Positions 21,086 to 31,126 are shown, counted from the stretch's first letter. The stretch: DNA of 64,000 bases from an uncultured virus (IMG/VR IMGVR_UViG_3300037963_003145) (IMGVR_UViG_3300037963_003145); one strand, 5' to 3'. The notes: generated from the letters alone by a model not told the origin. A program made the numbers and translations.

Positions 21086-21570
21086 TAGATAAATTTATAG
21101 ATTGGTATGTTGGATCGTTTACTAATAGAAAACAAGCACTGTCTCATCCGTTCATGTTTAAGGAAGTTAGATTGACTCATAAGTATATGGGTGACAATAC
21201 TTTCTATGGAGAACAAAAAACTGTATATACTGATAACACATATCGAAAGTTTAAAAATGTAATATCAGAATCCGATGGATTGATCATTGCAAAAAATTAT
21301 ACGTTGGAAGATAAATATATGCCCAACTGTGATATGGTTTTTAAATTTGATGGTGAACAATTTGTTGGTGAAGTTGAGGGGTGTGATTGCTTTGTAGAAA
21401 GAGAAGGGAAAAAAACATATGTAAAAAATTCTACCTATCTCAGTGAAGACAGTTATAAAGTTTATGATAGGGGTTATGAGGTAGACACCGATGAATATGT
21501 GTGGGGATCTCGATGGGGTCATTTCAAGTTCATTCGGATTGATAAGGAACCCATATGGATTGAGGGTTGA
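21082..21570 (+). CDS. cpeT: CpeT/CpcT-like phycobilin lyase
   Basis: F.N..QA..HP start, CDMVF, DRG...VWGSRWG.F.F end. Confidence 0.8.
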   Translation: MIDKFIDWYVGSFTNRKQALSHPFMFKEVRLTHKYMGDNTFYGEQKTVYTDNTYRKFKNVISESDGLIIAKNYTLEDKYMPNCDMVFKFDGEQFVGEVEGCDCFVEREGKKTYVKNSTYLSEDSYKVYDRGYEVDTDEYVWGSRWGHFKFIRIDKEPIWIEG

Positions 21571-21595
21571 CACCCACCCTGTTTCGTGATAGCTT
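21567..21595 (+). promoter_or_regulatory. Sigma70-type promoter
   Basis: TTGACA-17-TAGCTT. Confidence 0.55.
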
Positions 21596-21618
21596 AGCTG
21601 TATCGATCAAAGACACCT

Positions 21619-23754
21619 ATGTCCATCACACAAGTCAAGAGTAATCTCGCTAAACTTCTAGCAACGGAAAACCTGACTGTCGAACATAGTAACGTCTCTA
21701 CAGCTTCGTTCAATGTTGAGACACGGGTTCTCCAACTTCCGGTATGGGAAAATATTTCAAATGATGTTTATGATCTTCTGGTAGGTCATGAAGTAGGACA
21801 CGCTTTATATACTCCTTCTGCATACATCACTAAAGAAGTACCTCAGTCATTCCTTAATGTTGTTGAGGATGCACGTATTGAACGTAAGATTAAAGTGCAG
21901 TATCCTGGTATCACCAAATCTTTTTATCGTGGATACACTGAACTAAACCAGCAAGATTTCTTTGAGATTGCTGGTGAAGATCTTTCTGAGATGAATCTTA
22001 TTGATAGAATTAATCTATATTTCAAACTTGGTATTCATGATGTAAAAACAATTATTCCTTTCAGTGCAGAGGAACAAAAGTTTGTTGATATGACTAAGGT
22101 TGCTGAAACCTTTGATGACGTTGTGAGTATTTGTAAAAAAATTCTTGAGTATATCGAAAGTAAGTCTGACAAAGAAGAGTCTAAGTCAGTACAAGTTTCT
22201 GATCTTATTCAGGAAGGACTTGCTGCAGGTGATCAGATTGACGTTAAAGCTTCAGATGATTCTGAAACTGAAGAAGAAACTGAAGATGGAGAAGAGAATG
22301 ATTCCGATAGTGGTGATTCTGATTGGGACTCTCCGACATATGAAGATGACAATGACGATGAACTGACTTCTCATACAGATGATGCTTGGGGTAAAAATAC
22401 TAAAACTCTTGTAGATTGTTCTGCTAAAGAACATATCTATCTGAGTCCTCCTAGTATTGATTGGTCTCAACAGATCGAATCAGTGTCTGTGTTTTCAGAA
22501 AACATGGATAAGAATATTGAATATATTGTAGATAAGTATACAGGAATCTATGATGTTATTGAAGACTGGACAAATAAATTTACTGCATTCAAAGTAGAGA
22601 ATGCAAAAGCTGTTAGTTTCATGGTCAAAGAATTTGAGATGAAGAAACAAGCAGATGAATACAATCGATCTGGTGTTTCAAAAACAGGTGTTCTAAATAC
22701 AAATAAATTGTTTTCTTATAAGTGGTCTGAAGATATCTTCAAAAAGAATACAGTAGTTCCTGATGGTAAGAATCATGGTCTTATCATGTACATTGATTGG
22801 TCTGGATCTATGGCAGACAACATGTCTGGTACGATCAAACAACTGATCAACCTTATTATGTTCTGTAAGAAAGTAAATATTCCATTCCAAGTTTTTGCTT
22901 TCAGTGATAATGGATCATTTGATTATACAAGAACTTATCATGAACCAAAAAGAGAAGGTGAGATTGCAATTAGTCAACGCTTCCGTTTGATTGAAATGTT
23001 TAATCATAAGATTAGAAAGTCTGAGTTTGACAAACAACTCTTCCGACTTTGGGTTCTTATGAACATCATTGAACGACGTGCTGAAGCTCCATTTGGAAAT
23101 TATGGTCTTGGTGGAACTCCTCTGAATGATACTATTCTTGCTGCAACTTATGTATTCAGTAAGTTCAAAAAGGAGACTGGAGTTGATAATGTAAATACAG
23201 TCTTCTTGACTGATGGTGAGTCCAACAATATGGCATACTCCAAGTTTTGTGGAGAAGGTGAAGAAAGATATATCTCTAGAAAATCATGTGCATATTCTTC
23301 TGAGTATGGTGTTCTCTGTTTGAAAGATCCTGCAACTGGTTACAATGACATCAATATCAATAAGTCTAGAGGATGGCAAGATTCTGGAATGAATATTACT
23401 TCTGCTATGATTCGTTATTACAAGTGGATGACCGGATCTAATGTAGTTGGTTTTAGATTGTCTCAGTCATATGATATTAAATATATCATTCGTGCTGCAA
23501 CTAGTTCTGGAACACATGATTATGATTACTATAAGAAACTGTGGAAAACTAGTAAATCTTTTGTAGTTGATTCTCTTGGGTATGATGAACTTTATGTTCT
23601 TTCAGCTTCTTCTGATTTTAAAGGTGAACAAGCTGTAATTGAAGCATCTCACGATGATAGTAAGAGTAAGATTCGACGACAGTTTAAGAAATATATGAAA
23701 ACCAAGATGATGAATAAGATAATCTTATCAAAATTCGTTGAGCAAATCGCTTGA
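21619..23754 (+). CDS. Metallopeptidase-like + VWA protein (CobT-like partner)
   Basis: HEVGH, NVVEDARIE, acidic linker, DWSGSM, GGTPL, TDGE. Confidence 0.85.
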   Translation: MSITQVKSNLAKLLATENLTVEHSNVSTASFNVETRVLQLPVWENISNDVYDLLVGHEVGHALYTPSAYITKEVPQSFLNVVEDARIERKIKVQYPGITKSFYRGYTELNQQDFFEIAGEDLSEMNLIDRINLYFKLGIHDVKTIIPFSAEEQKFVDMTKVAETFDDVVSICKKILEYIESKSDKEESKSVQVSDLIQEGLAAGDQIDVKASDDSETEEETEDGEENDSDSGDSDWDSPTYEDDNDDELTSHTDDAWGKNTKTLVDCSAKEHIYLSPPSIDWSQQIESVSVFSENMDKNIEYIVDKYTGIYDVIEDWTNKFTAFKVENAKAVSFMVKEFEMKKQADEYNRSGVSKTGVLNTNKLFSYKWSEDIFKKNTVVPDGKNHGLIMYIDWSGSMADNMSGTIKQLINLIMFCKKVNIPFQVFAFSDNGSFDYTRTYHEPKREGEIAISQRFRLIEMFNHKIRKSEFDKQLFRLWVLMNIIERRAEAPFGNYGLGGTPLNDTILAATYVFSKFKKETGVDNVNTVFLTDGESNNMAYSKFCGEGEERYISRKSCAYSSEYGVLCLKDPATGYNDININKSRGWQDSGMNITSAMIRYYKWMTGSNVVGFRLSQSYDIKYIIRAATSSGTHDYDYYKKLWKTSKSFVVDSLGYDELYVLSASSDFKGEQAVIEASHDDSKSKIRRQFKKYMKTKMMNKIILSKFVEQIA

Positions 23755-23779
23755 CGGCCTACCCCATCTGTACTATAAT
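23751..23779 (+). promoter_or_regulatory. Sigma70-type promoter
   Basis: TTGACG-17-TATAAT. Confidence 0.8.
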
Positions 23780-23802
23780 AGCCAAGTAACCAAGGAACTC
23801 CA

Positions 23803-24885
23803 ATGACCTCCACTGACGTGATGATTTCTGACCTGGTTTCCCAATACGGAACCAACGTCACTCGTAAAAATCTAATTGATTATGCTGAAACCAGTGATGT
23901 GTCTTTTGCTACGGTTTGCAATCGTTTGAAAGATTACAAAGTTGGTCGTGGTGTATATAACCTTACTGTAAAAGAAAAACTGGAGAAAACCTATAACACT
24001 ATGTCTGCTACTCCGGCAGAAGAGGTTATTAGTCTTATTCCAGAAAAAGATATTAACTATGTTCCCTTTGGTAATTTCTCTGACATCAAGAAAATTATCA
24101 AGTCTAGGATCTTTTATCCTTCTTTCATTACTGGACTCTCTGGTAATGGTAAAACATTTGGTGTCGAACAAGCTTGCTCACAACTTGGTCGTGAGTTGAT
24201 CCGAGTTAACATTACTGTGGAGACAGACGAAGATGATCTCATTGGTGGCTTCCGCCTTGTTAACGGCGAAACCGTTTGGCACGACGGACCAGTTATTGAA
24301 GCCCTGCAGCGGGGTGCTGTGTTGCTCCTTGACGAGATCGATCTCGCCTCCAACAAAATTCTTTGCCTCCAATCTGTTCTCGAAGGAAAAGGAGTTTTCC
24401 TCAAGAAAACTGGCAAGTACGTTAAAGCAACAGAAGGCTTCAACGTATTCGCGACCGCTAACACAAAAGGTAAGGGTTCAGACGACGGACGATTCATTGG
24501 AACTAACGTGCTCAATGAAGCATTCCTTGAAAGGTTTGCAGTAACTTTTGAACAAGAATATCCGACTGTCACTGTTGAGACTAAGATCCTCAATAACTAT
24601 TGTCGTGAACTTGATTGTTTGAATGATAAGTTTATTGATGCTCTTGTTAATTGGGCAGACATCATTCGTAAAACCTTCAGTGAAGGTGGTATTGATGAAG
24701 TAATTTCTACTCGTCGTCTGGTTCACATTATCCGTGCATATAGTATCTTTGGTAATGAGTCCAAGGCAATCGGTGTTTGTCTGAATCGATTTGATGACGA
24801 CACTAAACAATCCTTCTTGGATCTTTTTGATAAAATTGTTGCTCCTGAAACTGATGAAATTGAGACATCAACAGACATCGATTGA
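23803..24885 (+). CDS. cobS: MoxR/CobS-like AAA+ ATPase
   Basis: GLSGNGKT, LLLDEID, ATANTKG, NEAFLERF, ISTRRL. Confidence 0.92.
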   Translation: MTSTDVMISDLVSQYGTNVTRKNLIDYAETSDVSFATVCNRLKDYKVGRGVYNLTVKEKLEKTYNTMSATPAEEVISLIPEKDINYVPFGNFSDIKKIIKSRIFYPSFITGLSGNGKTFGVEQACSQLGRELIRVNITVETDEDDLIGGFRLVNGETVWHDGPVIEALQRGAVLLLDEIDLASNKILCLQSVLEGKGVFLKKTGKYVKATEGFNVFATANTKGKGSDDGRFIGTNVLNEAFLERFAVTFEQEYPTVTVETKILNNYCRELDCLNDKFIDALVNWADIIRKTFSEGGIDEVISTRRLVHIIRAYSIFGNESKAIGVCLNRFDDDTKQSFLDLFDKIVAPETDEIETSTDID

Positions 24886-24910
24886 CACGGGTACAAAAAC
24901 TCTGTATAAT
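24882..24910 (+). promoter_or_regulatory. Sigma70-type promoter
   Basis: TTGACA-17-TATAAT, followed by hairpin AAGAGGG/CCCTCTT. Confidence 0.85.
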
Positions 24911-24949
24911 CAAGAGGGTGAAAAGCCCTCTTACAATTTTGAAATATTT

Positions 24950-25237
24950 ATGACTTTGAAATACAATGAAGAAGAACTCTTGGAAGAGTTGCGTAACTAC
25001 ATAATTGGAACTTACGGACAACACTATTCCGCAGGTAACGATTCAATTCAAACTCTAGATCTTATTGAAGCTTGTGGAGACGCTGAGGCATTTTGTCGCA
25101 GTAACATCTTGAAGTATGCTTCTCGTTACGATAAGAAAGGAACCGCTCGTCGTGATATAATTAAGATCCTACACTACGGTCTCCTTCTCCTCCACTTCTC
25201 TGACAAATCTACAGTTACTGAACCTTATCCACAATAA
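24950..25237 (+). CDS. DUF3310-like protein
   Basis: HY...FCRSNILKYASRYDKKG...DIIKILHY; ATG 24950 preferred over ORF-track start. Confidence 0.75.
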   Translation: MTLKYNEEELLEELRNYIIGTYGQHYSAGNDSIQTLDLIEACGDAEAFCRSNILKYASRYDKKGTARRDIIKILHYGLLLLHFSDKSTVTEPYPQ

Positions 25238-25239
25238 TT

Positions 25240-25905
25240 ATGAAAATTTCTGTCGAAACTCTGAATATTCTCAAAAACTTTTCCACAATCAATTCTTCTT
25301 TGGTTGTGAAGCAAGGAAATATTCTGAGAACTATCTCTCCTGCTAAAAATATTCTTGCTAAATTTGAGTGTCCAGAATCCTTTGACAATGATTTTGCTGT
25401 CTATGATCTAAATGAATTTCTGGGTGGTCTCTCTCTATTTAAGGATCCTGATTTTGATTTTGGTGATCCTTCTTATCTTTCTATCAGAAGTGGAAAGTCT
25501 AAGGTCAAGTATTTCTTTTCTGATCCCAGTGTAATTACTGCTCCACCTGAAAAAGATATTGAACTTCCAACTATTGATGTGGAGTTTACTTTGACTGAAG
25601 AAGTTTTGTCTTCTCTTCTTCGTGCAGCAAGTGTATATCAACTTCCCGATCTTTCTCTGGTTGGTGAGAACGGTGATATGAATCTTGTTGTTCGTACAAA
25701 GAACAATGATACTTCTAACAACTTCTCTGTGAAAGTTGGTGAAACAACCAATGAATTTTGTTTCAACTTCAAAGTTGAGAACCTAAAAATTCTTCCAGGG
25801 GTGTATAATGTTCAGGTATCTACTGCTAACATTTCCCAGTTTACTCACGACAAGTGGAACTTGTCTTACCTTATTGCACTAGAACCCGATTCTACTTTTA
25901 ATTGA
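25240..25905 (+). CDS. gp45: Sliding clamp
   Basis: LKNFSTIN, FAVYDLNEFL, IALEPDS. Confidence 0.95.
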   Translation: MKISVETLNILKNFSTINSSLVVKQGNILRTISPAKNILAKFECPESFDNDFAVYDLNEFLGGLSLFKDPDFDFGDPSYLSIRSGKSKVKYFFSDPSVITAPPEKDIELPTIDVEFTLTEEVLSSLLRAASVYQLPDLSLVGENGDMNLVVRTKNNDTSNNFSVKVGETTNEFCFNFKVENLKILPGVYNVQVSTANISQFTHDKWNLSYLIALEPDSTFN

Positions 25906-25907
25906 TT

Positions 25908-26846
25908 ATGAGTGACTTTATTTGGGTTGAGAAGTATCGACCCAACAAAATTGAAGATTGTATTTTACCAGAGGGTATCAAAAAAACTCTGACTAGTTTT
26001 GTTGAGAAAGGAGAGGTTCCTAATCTTCTCCTCTCTGGTCCTCCTGGTATTGGTAAAACCACAGTTGCTAAAGCTCTGTGTAATGAACTCGGTGTTGATT
26101 TCTACGTAATTAATGGATCTGACGAAGGACGATTTTTGGACACGGTACGGAACCAAGCAAAGAATTTTGCGACGACCGTATCACTTCAAGCAAATGGAAA
26201 ACCAAAAGTTATCATCATTGACGAAGCAGATAACACAACCAATGATGTACAACTCCTCCTACGGGCAAATATTGAGGCGTATCATAACAACTGCAGATTC
26301 ATCTTCACCTGCAACTACAAAAACAAAATTATTGAACCTCTCCATTCCCGATGTGCAGTCATCGACTTCGCAATTAACGGAAAGGACAGGATGTCTATTG
26401 CTGGATCCTTCTTCAACCGTATCAGGACTATACTTGAGGAGGAAGGTGTTGAATATGATCAGAAGGTTGTCGCAGAAGTAATCAAGAAATATTTTCCAGA
26501 CTGGAGACGAGTTCTCAATGAACTGCAAAGATATTCTTCTATCGGAAAGATTGATACTGGAATTCTAACTACAGTATCTGAAGTCAATCTGAAAGATCTT
26601 GTAGGTAATATGAAAGACAAAGATTTCAGCAAAGTCAGNNNNNNNNNNGAAAATCTTGATAATGATCAGAGTGCAGTGTATCGTAAAGTTTATGATTCAA
26701 TGTATACCGCTTTGGAACCATCATCTATTCCACAAGCAGTTTTGATCTTCGCTAAATATCAATATCAGTCTGCATTTGCTGTTGATCCAGAGATCAATAC
26801 ACTTGCATGTATGACTGAACTAATGTGTGATTGTAAATTCAAATGA
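25908..26846 (+). CDS. gp44: Clamp loader large subunit (contains 10-N gap)
   Basis: WVEKYRP, GPPGIGKTT, IIDEAD, LHSRC. Confidence 0.96.
   Translation: MSDFIWVEKYRPNKIEDCILPEGIKKTLTSFVEKGEVPNLLLSGPPGIGKTTVAKALCNELGVDFYVINGSDEGRFLDTVRNQAKNFATTVSLQANGKPKVIIIDEADNTTNDVQLLLRANIEAYHNNCRFIFTCNYKNKIIEPLHSRCAVIDFAINGKDRMSIAGSFFNRIRTILEEEGVEYDQKVVAEVIKKYFPDWRRVLNELQRYSSIGKIDTGILTTVSEVNLKDLVGNMKDKDFSKVXXXXENLDNDQSAVYRKVYDSMYTALEPSSIPQAVLIFAKYQYQSAFAVDPEINTLACMTELMCDCKFK
26639..26648. other. Assembly gap (10 N)
   Basis: Run of n. Confidence 1.
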
Positions 26847-27133
26847 CTGTAAAACTTATTCGTATGTCTTCTGGTGAAGACGTTGTTGCTACTATCGTTA
26901 AAGAGACTGATAGTGTATTGGAATTGGAAGATGCTATTGTAGCAATTCCTACTGGTGAGGGTCAAATTGGATTTGCTCCATGGTCTCCTCTTGTGTCTAA
27001 ATCGGACAAGACTTTGCCCGTGAACAAGAACTTTGTGGTCTATATTGCAGAGGTTGCAGAAGACATCGTAAACCAGTATAATCAGATGTTCAGCAAAATT
27101 GTAACCCCTTCTAATAAACTGGTATATAAATGA
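26843..27133 (+). CDS. Conserved hypothetical protein (Sm-like)
   Basis: VKLIRMSSGEDVV...FAPW. Confidence 0.75.
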   Translation: MTVKLIRMSSGEDVVATIVKETDSVLELEDAIVAIPTGEGQIGFAPWSPLVSKSDKTLPVNKNFVVYIAEVAEDIVNQYNQMFSKIVTPSNKLVYK

Positions 27134-28242
27134 TCCTTTCTCCAGAAGACACTCTATACGCATACGGTAAGATTAACGAAGCTTACGGTTCCATCAACCG
27201 TATCGATGATTTCTTTCGTATGAAAAAACTTGAACGTATCAAAGAGATTCCTCCAACTCTCTTTGGAATGTCTCATGAAGATGATCTGTTTCAGGATTTC
27301 TCTATGCATCCTGAGGACATGAACTTTCGTATTGTTCAACCAGATCACAGTACGTTCAATACTCTTCTGGAAATGACTGCATCATTTACCTATGAGGAAG
27401 CACCAGGTAAAGAGATGAAGCTAATGATCCAGGAGACCACCACAGGCACCGCTGTGGGGTTCATCAAACTGGGTTCTCCCATCATCAACTCCAAACCTCG
27501 TAACGAGTGGTTGGGAGGGGTCCCAGACCTCACCATCTTCAACAAGCGTGCGATCATGGGATTCATTATTGTTCCTACTCAACCGTTTGGTTTTAATTAT
27601 CTTGGTGGTAAACTTCTGTCACTGATTTGCTGCAGTCATGAAGTTCGTGAGATGCTAAATAAAAAGTACAACACAGAAATGTGTTTGTTCGAGACAACAT
27701 CGTTGTATGGTAATATCAAAGGAACGAGTCAGTATGATGGTCTAAAACCATACCTTCGTTATCGTGGAGATACAGAATCTAAATTTCTGTTGACTCTTCC
27801 AGATTTCATTTATCATGATCTGAGTAAGTGGTTTGTTGATAGAAACGGTGGTCCTTTGATTCACAAAGGTGCTTCTAGTCGCAAACTCAAAATTCAAACT
27901 AAGATGATTTCTATCATCAAAAATTCTTTGAAGGAATACTATCCAGATCTGTATACAGACTTTGTTGCTTTCATCAAATCAAAACAAGATGTGACAACAC
28001 AGAAGCGTTTCTATATGTCTGACTATGGATATGAAAATGCTAAAGATGTTATTCTTGGTAAAACTGAAACACTAATTCCAAACAAACAAAACTTCGATAA
28101 ATTTTATCTGGAGAACATGGTACAATGGTGGAAACGTAAAGCTTCCAATCGTTATCAGAAACTTGTTTCGGAAGGTTCATTGAGAAATGACCTTGAGGTT
28201 TGGAATTCTAATACTATGAACACTATTGATATTATCAGATGA
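27130..28242 (+). CDS. DUF4338/DruA-like protein (GNAT-like fold suspected)
   Basis: PG, GFIKLGSP...PR, VPTQPFGFNYLGGKLL, ETTSLYG...SQYDGL. Confidence 0.7.
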   Translation: MILSPEDTLYAYGKINEAYGSINRIDDFFRMKKLERIKEIPPTLFGMSHEDDLFQDFSMHPEDMNFRIVQPDHSTFNTLLEMTASFTYEEAPGKEMKLMIQETTTGTAVGFIKLGSPIINSKPRNEWLGGVPDLTIFNKRAIMGFIIVPTQPFGFNYLGGKLLSLICCSHEVREMLNKKYNTEMCLFETTSLYGNIKGTSQYDGLKPYLRYRGDTESKFLLTLPDFIYHDLSKWFVDRNGGPLIHKGASSRKLKIQTKMISIIKNSLKEYYPDLYTDFVAFIKSKQDVTTQKRFYMSDYGYENAKDVILGKTETLIPNKQNFDKFYLENMVQWWKRKASNRYQKLVSEGSLRNDLEVWNSNTMNTIDIIR

Positions 28243-29582
28243 CTCTTACCAAATTTTTAACAGAACAAAAATTTGAAAAAACAATACGAATCCTTGTCTA
28301 TCCAAACATCACGTTCTCTAAGGATCTGACTAAAGATAGTTACATCCAGGTAATCACTAATATGATTGCTGAACTAAACAAGATTCGTAGTGACTTGTTT
28401 TTTTATCTGGTTCTTCCAGAGTTTCTGGAGATGCTGAACTTTCATAATACTAAGCAATTTATTATGAAGTTTCCAACGTATCCTCCTACGATGCGTTCAC
28501 ATTTTGATGTAGAACATTTCAGAAAAATGATCAATCATGATCTTGATATTGATCTGGTGTTTTCTCATCTCCCTGAACATACACATGCTGTTAAGAATAC
28601 CATCAGCAATGTAACTCACCACAGCCCTTCTTACTTTGGATATTGTCATTGGTTTGATTTGAAAGAAGTTGTTGCTTGGAGTCAACCAAGTTTCAATCAA
28701 AACATTCTTGGTTTGCTTGAAATGGAACGTTGCTATCTTAATACACAGAGTCAAAAAAATCTTGTATTAAAACAAGCGTCCGAAACCTTTAATAAGGGAA
28801 CTATTATTAAACTAAACGACATCTTAACTCCACATCATTTAGGTGTTAAGGAATCTGATGTTGTAGAACCAAACAAAAAAACTGATAAATTAATCGTTTT
28901 TAATCACCGACCTGATACATATAAGGACTTTGGTAACTTCATGCGGGTTCTAGAGTCTCTGAGAGACCTTAGAGATGACTTCACTGTTTGGATTCCATTG
29001 CTAGAAAAATCAGACAAGTCTTGGATTACCACAGAGAAATTTAACAAGCAACGATACTACAAAAAATTACAACAGTGTCGTGTTGGGTTTTCACCAAAAC
29101 AAGTTTATGGTGGGTGGAGTGTTTCTACTACAGATGGTATTATGAACGGTTGTCCGTACATTATGTACGATGCTGATTATTATCAGGAACTAAATCCAAC
29201 TGCAGATTTCTTTACTGAAAATTCTGAAGCGGTGAGACTGTTGAACATGTATCTCGATGACAATGATTATCGAAATGATATGTCTGCAAAATCTCAACAG
29301 TATATTAAAGATAATCTCATCTATAAAAATGAAGTGAAGAAGATGAGTGATTATATTGATGATATGATCACTGGTCAAAAATATGTTCAATCAGATGTAA
29401 TTGAAAAACTTACTTCTATCATTAAGATGAAGGGACAAGTTACTAAAAAAGAATTGTTTAATTCTTATCTTGGATGGGGTAGAGGTATTAAGTTCGGTCC
29501 TTACCGCAGAGCTCTACTCAGAAATAAAAATATCTATGATACAATAGATTCCACACCACATTATTGCTGGATCGATGATTAA
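28239..29582 (+). CDS. GT-B glycosyltransferase
   Basis: VFNHR..YK, GWSVSTTDGIMNGCP (GT4-like acceptor/donor motif); ATGA-coupled to previous gene. Confidence 0.75.
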   Translation: MTLTKFLTEQKFEKTIRILVYPNITFSKDLTKDSYIQVITNMIAELNKIRSDLFFYLVLPEFLEMLNFHNTKQFIMKFPTYPPTMRSHFDVEHFRKMINHDLDIDLVFSHLPEHTHAVKNTISNVTHHSPSYFGYCHWFDLKEVVAWSQPSFNQNILGLLEMERCYLNTQSQKNLVLKQASETFNKGTIIKLNDILTPHHLGVKESDVVEPNKKTDKLIVFNHRPDTYKDFGNFMRVLESLRDLRDDFTVWIPLLEKSDKSWITTEKFNKQRYYKKLQQCRVGFSPKQVYGGWSVSTTDGIMNGCPYIMYDADYYQELNPTADFFTENSEAVRLLNMYLDDNDYRNDMSAKSQQYIKDNLIYKNEVKKMSDYIDDMITGQKYVQSDVIEKLTSIIKMKGQVTKKELFNSYLGWGRGIKFGPYRRALLRNKNIYDTIDSTPHYCWIDD

Positions 29583-29742
29583 GAAGTTTGGTCGTATTTG
29601 GAAATATAGTCTAGGAAGTTTCTCAGATGACAAAACCCACAGATATGATAACTACGTGGTTCTGGTACGGACTGCTATATTCTTTTCTTATCTCATTACT
29701 AATTGTTTTATTATTGCAGGAGTGATTCGACATTGGAACTAA
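29575..29742 (+). CDS. Small membrane protein (55 aa), not in ORF track
   Basis: MIKKFGRIWKYSLGSFSDDKT...NCFIIAGVIRHWN; overlaps both neighbours. Confidence 0.75.
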   Translation: MIKKFGRIWKYSLGSFSDDKTHRYDNYVVLVRTAIFFSYLITNCFIIAGVIRHWN

Positions 29743-30116
29743 AAGACTGGTTGAACTCAATTAATCAATCAAAACTTAATTTGATTGATGATGACTATGC
29801 TACAGAAAAAGATTATCCACCGTTCATTATTAATAAGTGCTTGTCTGGATTTATGGACACAGTTCTTATCGCAAATGAAATGAATATTCATTCTGATCTT
29901 CCTAAGAAGATGCAATATGATTTTTTTATAAATATTGTGAGACCGAAAAAGCGTTTCTCTCCTTGGTTAAGGAAAGAAAAAATTGACTCTCTGGAACTTG
30001 TCAAAAAGTATTATCACTATAACGACGAGAAAGCTAGAAGTGCTTTAAAACTTTTATCGGAAGAACAACTTGAATTTATCAAACAAAGAATGAAAACTGG
30101 AGGAAAAAATGAGTGA
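29733..30116 (+). CDS. gp62: Clamp loader small subunit
   Basis: ELKDWLNSIN, YPPFIINKCLS, QYDF, KKRFSPW; TTG start with AGGAG RBS. Confidence 0.92.
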   Translation: MELKDWLNSINQSKLNLIDDDYATEKDYPPFIINKCLSGFMDTVLIANEMNIHSDLPKKMQYDFFINIVRPKKRFSPWLRKEKIDSLELVKKYYHYNDEKARSALKLLSEEQLEFIKQRMKTGGKNE

Positions 30117-30534
30117 AGTTCTAGAGTATAACTGGTCGCCAGAAAAGATGATTGAAGTCACCTTAAAAGAACCAGATGATTTTCTGAAGGTTCGTGAAAC
30201 TCTTACTCGAATCGGTGTAGCGTCACGTAAAGAGAAAAAGATTTATCAGTCTTGTCATATTCTCCACAAACAAGGCAAGTACTATATCGTTCACTTTAAA
30301 GAATTGTTTGCCCTTGATGGCAAGAAAGCAAATCTTTTTGTGAATGACATCCAACGTCGTAATCGTATCTCACAACTGTTGTCTGATTGGGGACTTGTGG
30401 GTATTGTTGATTCTTCTGCAATTGAAGACTGTGCTCCCTTGAGTCAAATCAAAGTTCTATCTTACAAAGATAAAGGAGATTGGACTCTAGAGAGCAAGTA
30501 CAATATTGGTAAAAAGAAAACGGCTAATCCTTAA
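30109..30534 (+). CDS. regA: Translational repressor RegA
   Basis: DDFLKVRETLTRIG, QSCHILHKQG.YYIVHFKELF. Confidence 0.98.
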   Translation: MSEVLEYNWSPEKMIEVTLKEPDDFLKVRETLTRIGVASRKEKKIYQSCHILHKQGKYYIVHFKELFALDGKKANLFVNDIQRRNRISQLLSDWGLVGIVDSSAIEDCAPLSQIKVLSYKDKGDWTLESKYNIGKKKTANP

Positions 30535-30680
30535 TCAGGATAACCGTCGTCTTCTTCTATTAAAGTAATCTTACTTTTATTTTTTAAATACGAATCCTTG
30601 TCGGAATAGATCTCTGATTCTAATTCGGCAAGGATTTCTTTTAGGTGTTTGTGAATAGTTTTTAATCTTGATTTTTCCAT
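30531..30680 (-). CDS. Small hypothetical protein (49 aa), not in ORF track
   Basis: MEKSRLKTIHKHLKEILAELESEIYSD...DDGYPD; GGAG RBS. Confidence 0.7.
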   Translation of the reverse strand: MEKSRLKTIHKHLKEILAELESEIYSDKDSYLKNKSKITLIEEDDGYPD

Positions 30681-30705
30681 AACTAGACTCCATTTTACTA
30701 GCTAT

Positions 30706-30729
30706 AAAAAAGGAGAGGTCTCCCTCTCC
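30706..30729 (-). terminator. Intrinsic terminator (minus strand)
   Basis: GGAGAGG-GAGA-CCTCTCC + T6. Confidence 0.8.
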
Positions 30730-30734
30730 CGGTG

Positions 30735-30956
30735 TTACAACAGAATTTCTTTACATATTCTTTTGCATACATGTTGGTCTAGAGCATCGCATTCTATTAA
30801 ACATTCGTAGTAATCGTTTAATCGATCACTTTCTAATTCTAGAATGTCGATTTTTTTGTCCAAATTTTTCCACTGTTCTTGTAACTCAATTTCCTCCACT
30901 GTTTTTTCTAAATGTCGCCACTCATCTAACTGAGAGCGAGACAGAAGATTATGCAT
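30735..30956 (-). CDS. Small Cys-rich hypothetical protein
   Basis: ...DYYECLIECDALDQHVCKRIC; GAGGA RBS; own terminator. Confidence 0.8.
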   Translation of the reverse strand: MHNLLSRSQLDEWRHLEKTVEEIELQEQWKNLDKKIDILELESDRLNDYYECLIECDALDQHVCKRICKEILL

Positions 30957-31083
30957 AACTCAATCCTCATACAGGTTCAAATAATATAGACAAGTCTCAT
31001 TTCATATCCCAATTCCTAATTCTGTATTATTTAGTGCAGTTTGTCTTTGTTCACTAACATTTATTTCATTTTTACATAAGTAC

Positions 31084-31111
31084 AAAAAAAGAGAGGGTTT
31101 GTAACCCTCTC
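31084..31111 (-). terminator. Intrinsic terminator after DUF4278 gene
   Basis: GAGAGGGTT-ACA-AACCCTCTC + T7. Confidence 0.85.
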
Positions 31112-31126
31112 GGTAAAGTAAGTTAA

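Noticed and set aside
26639..26648. Disruption of gp44
   Set aside because: Assembly gap; frame is preserved across it.
30735..30956. CP12 annotation
   Set aside because: Lacks the AWD.VEEL core and the CP12 cysteine spacing.
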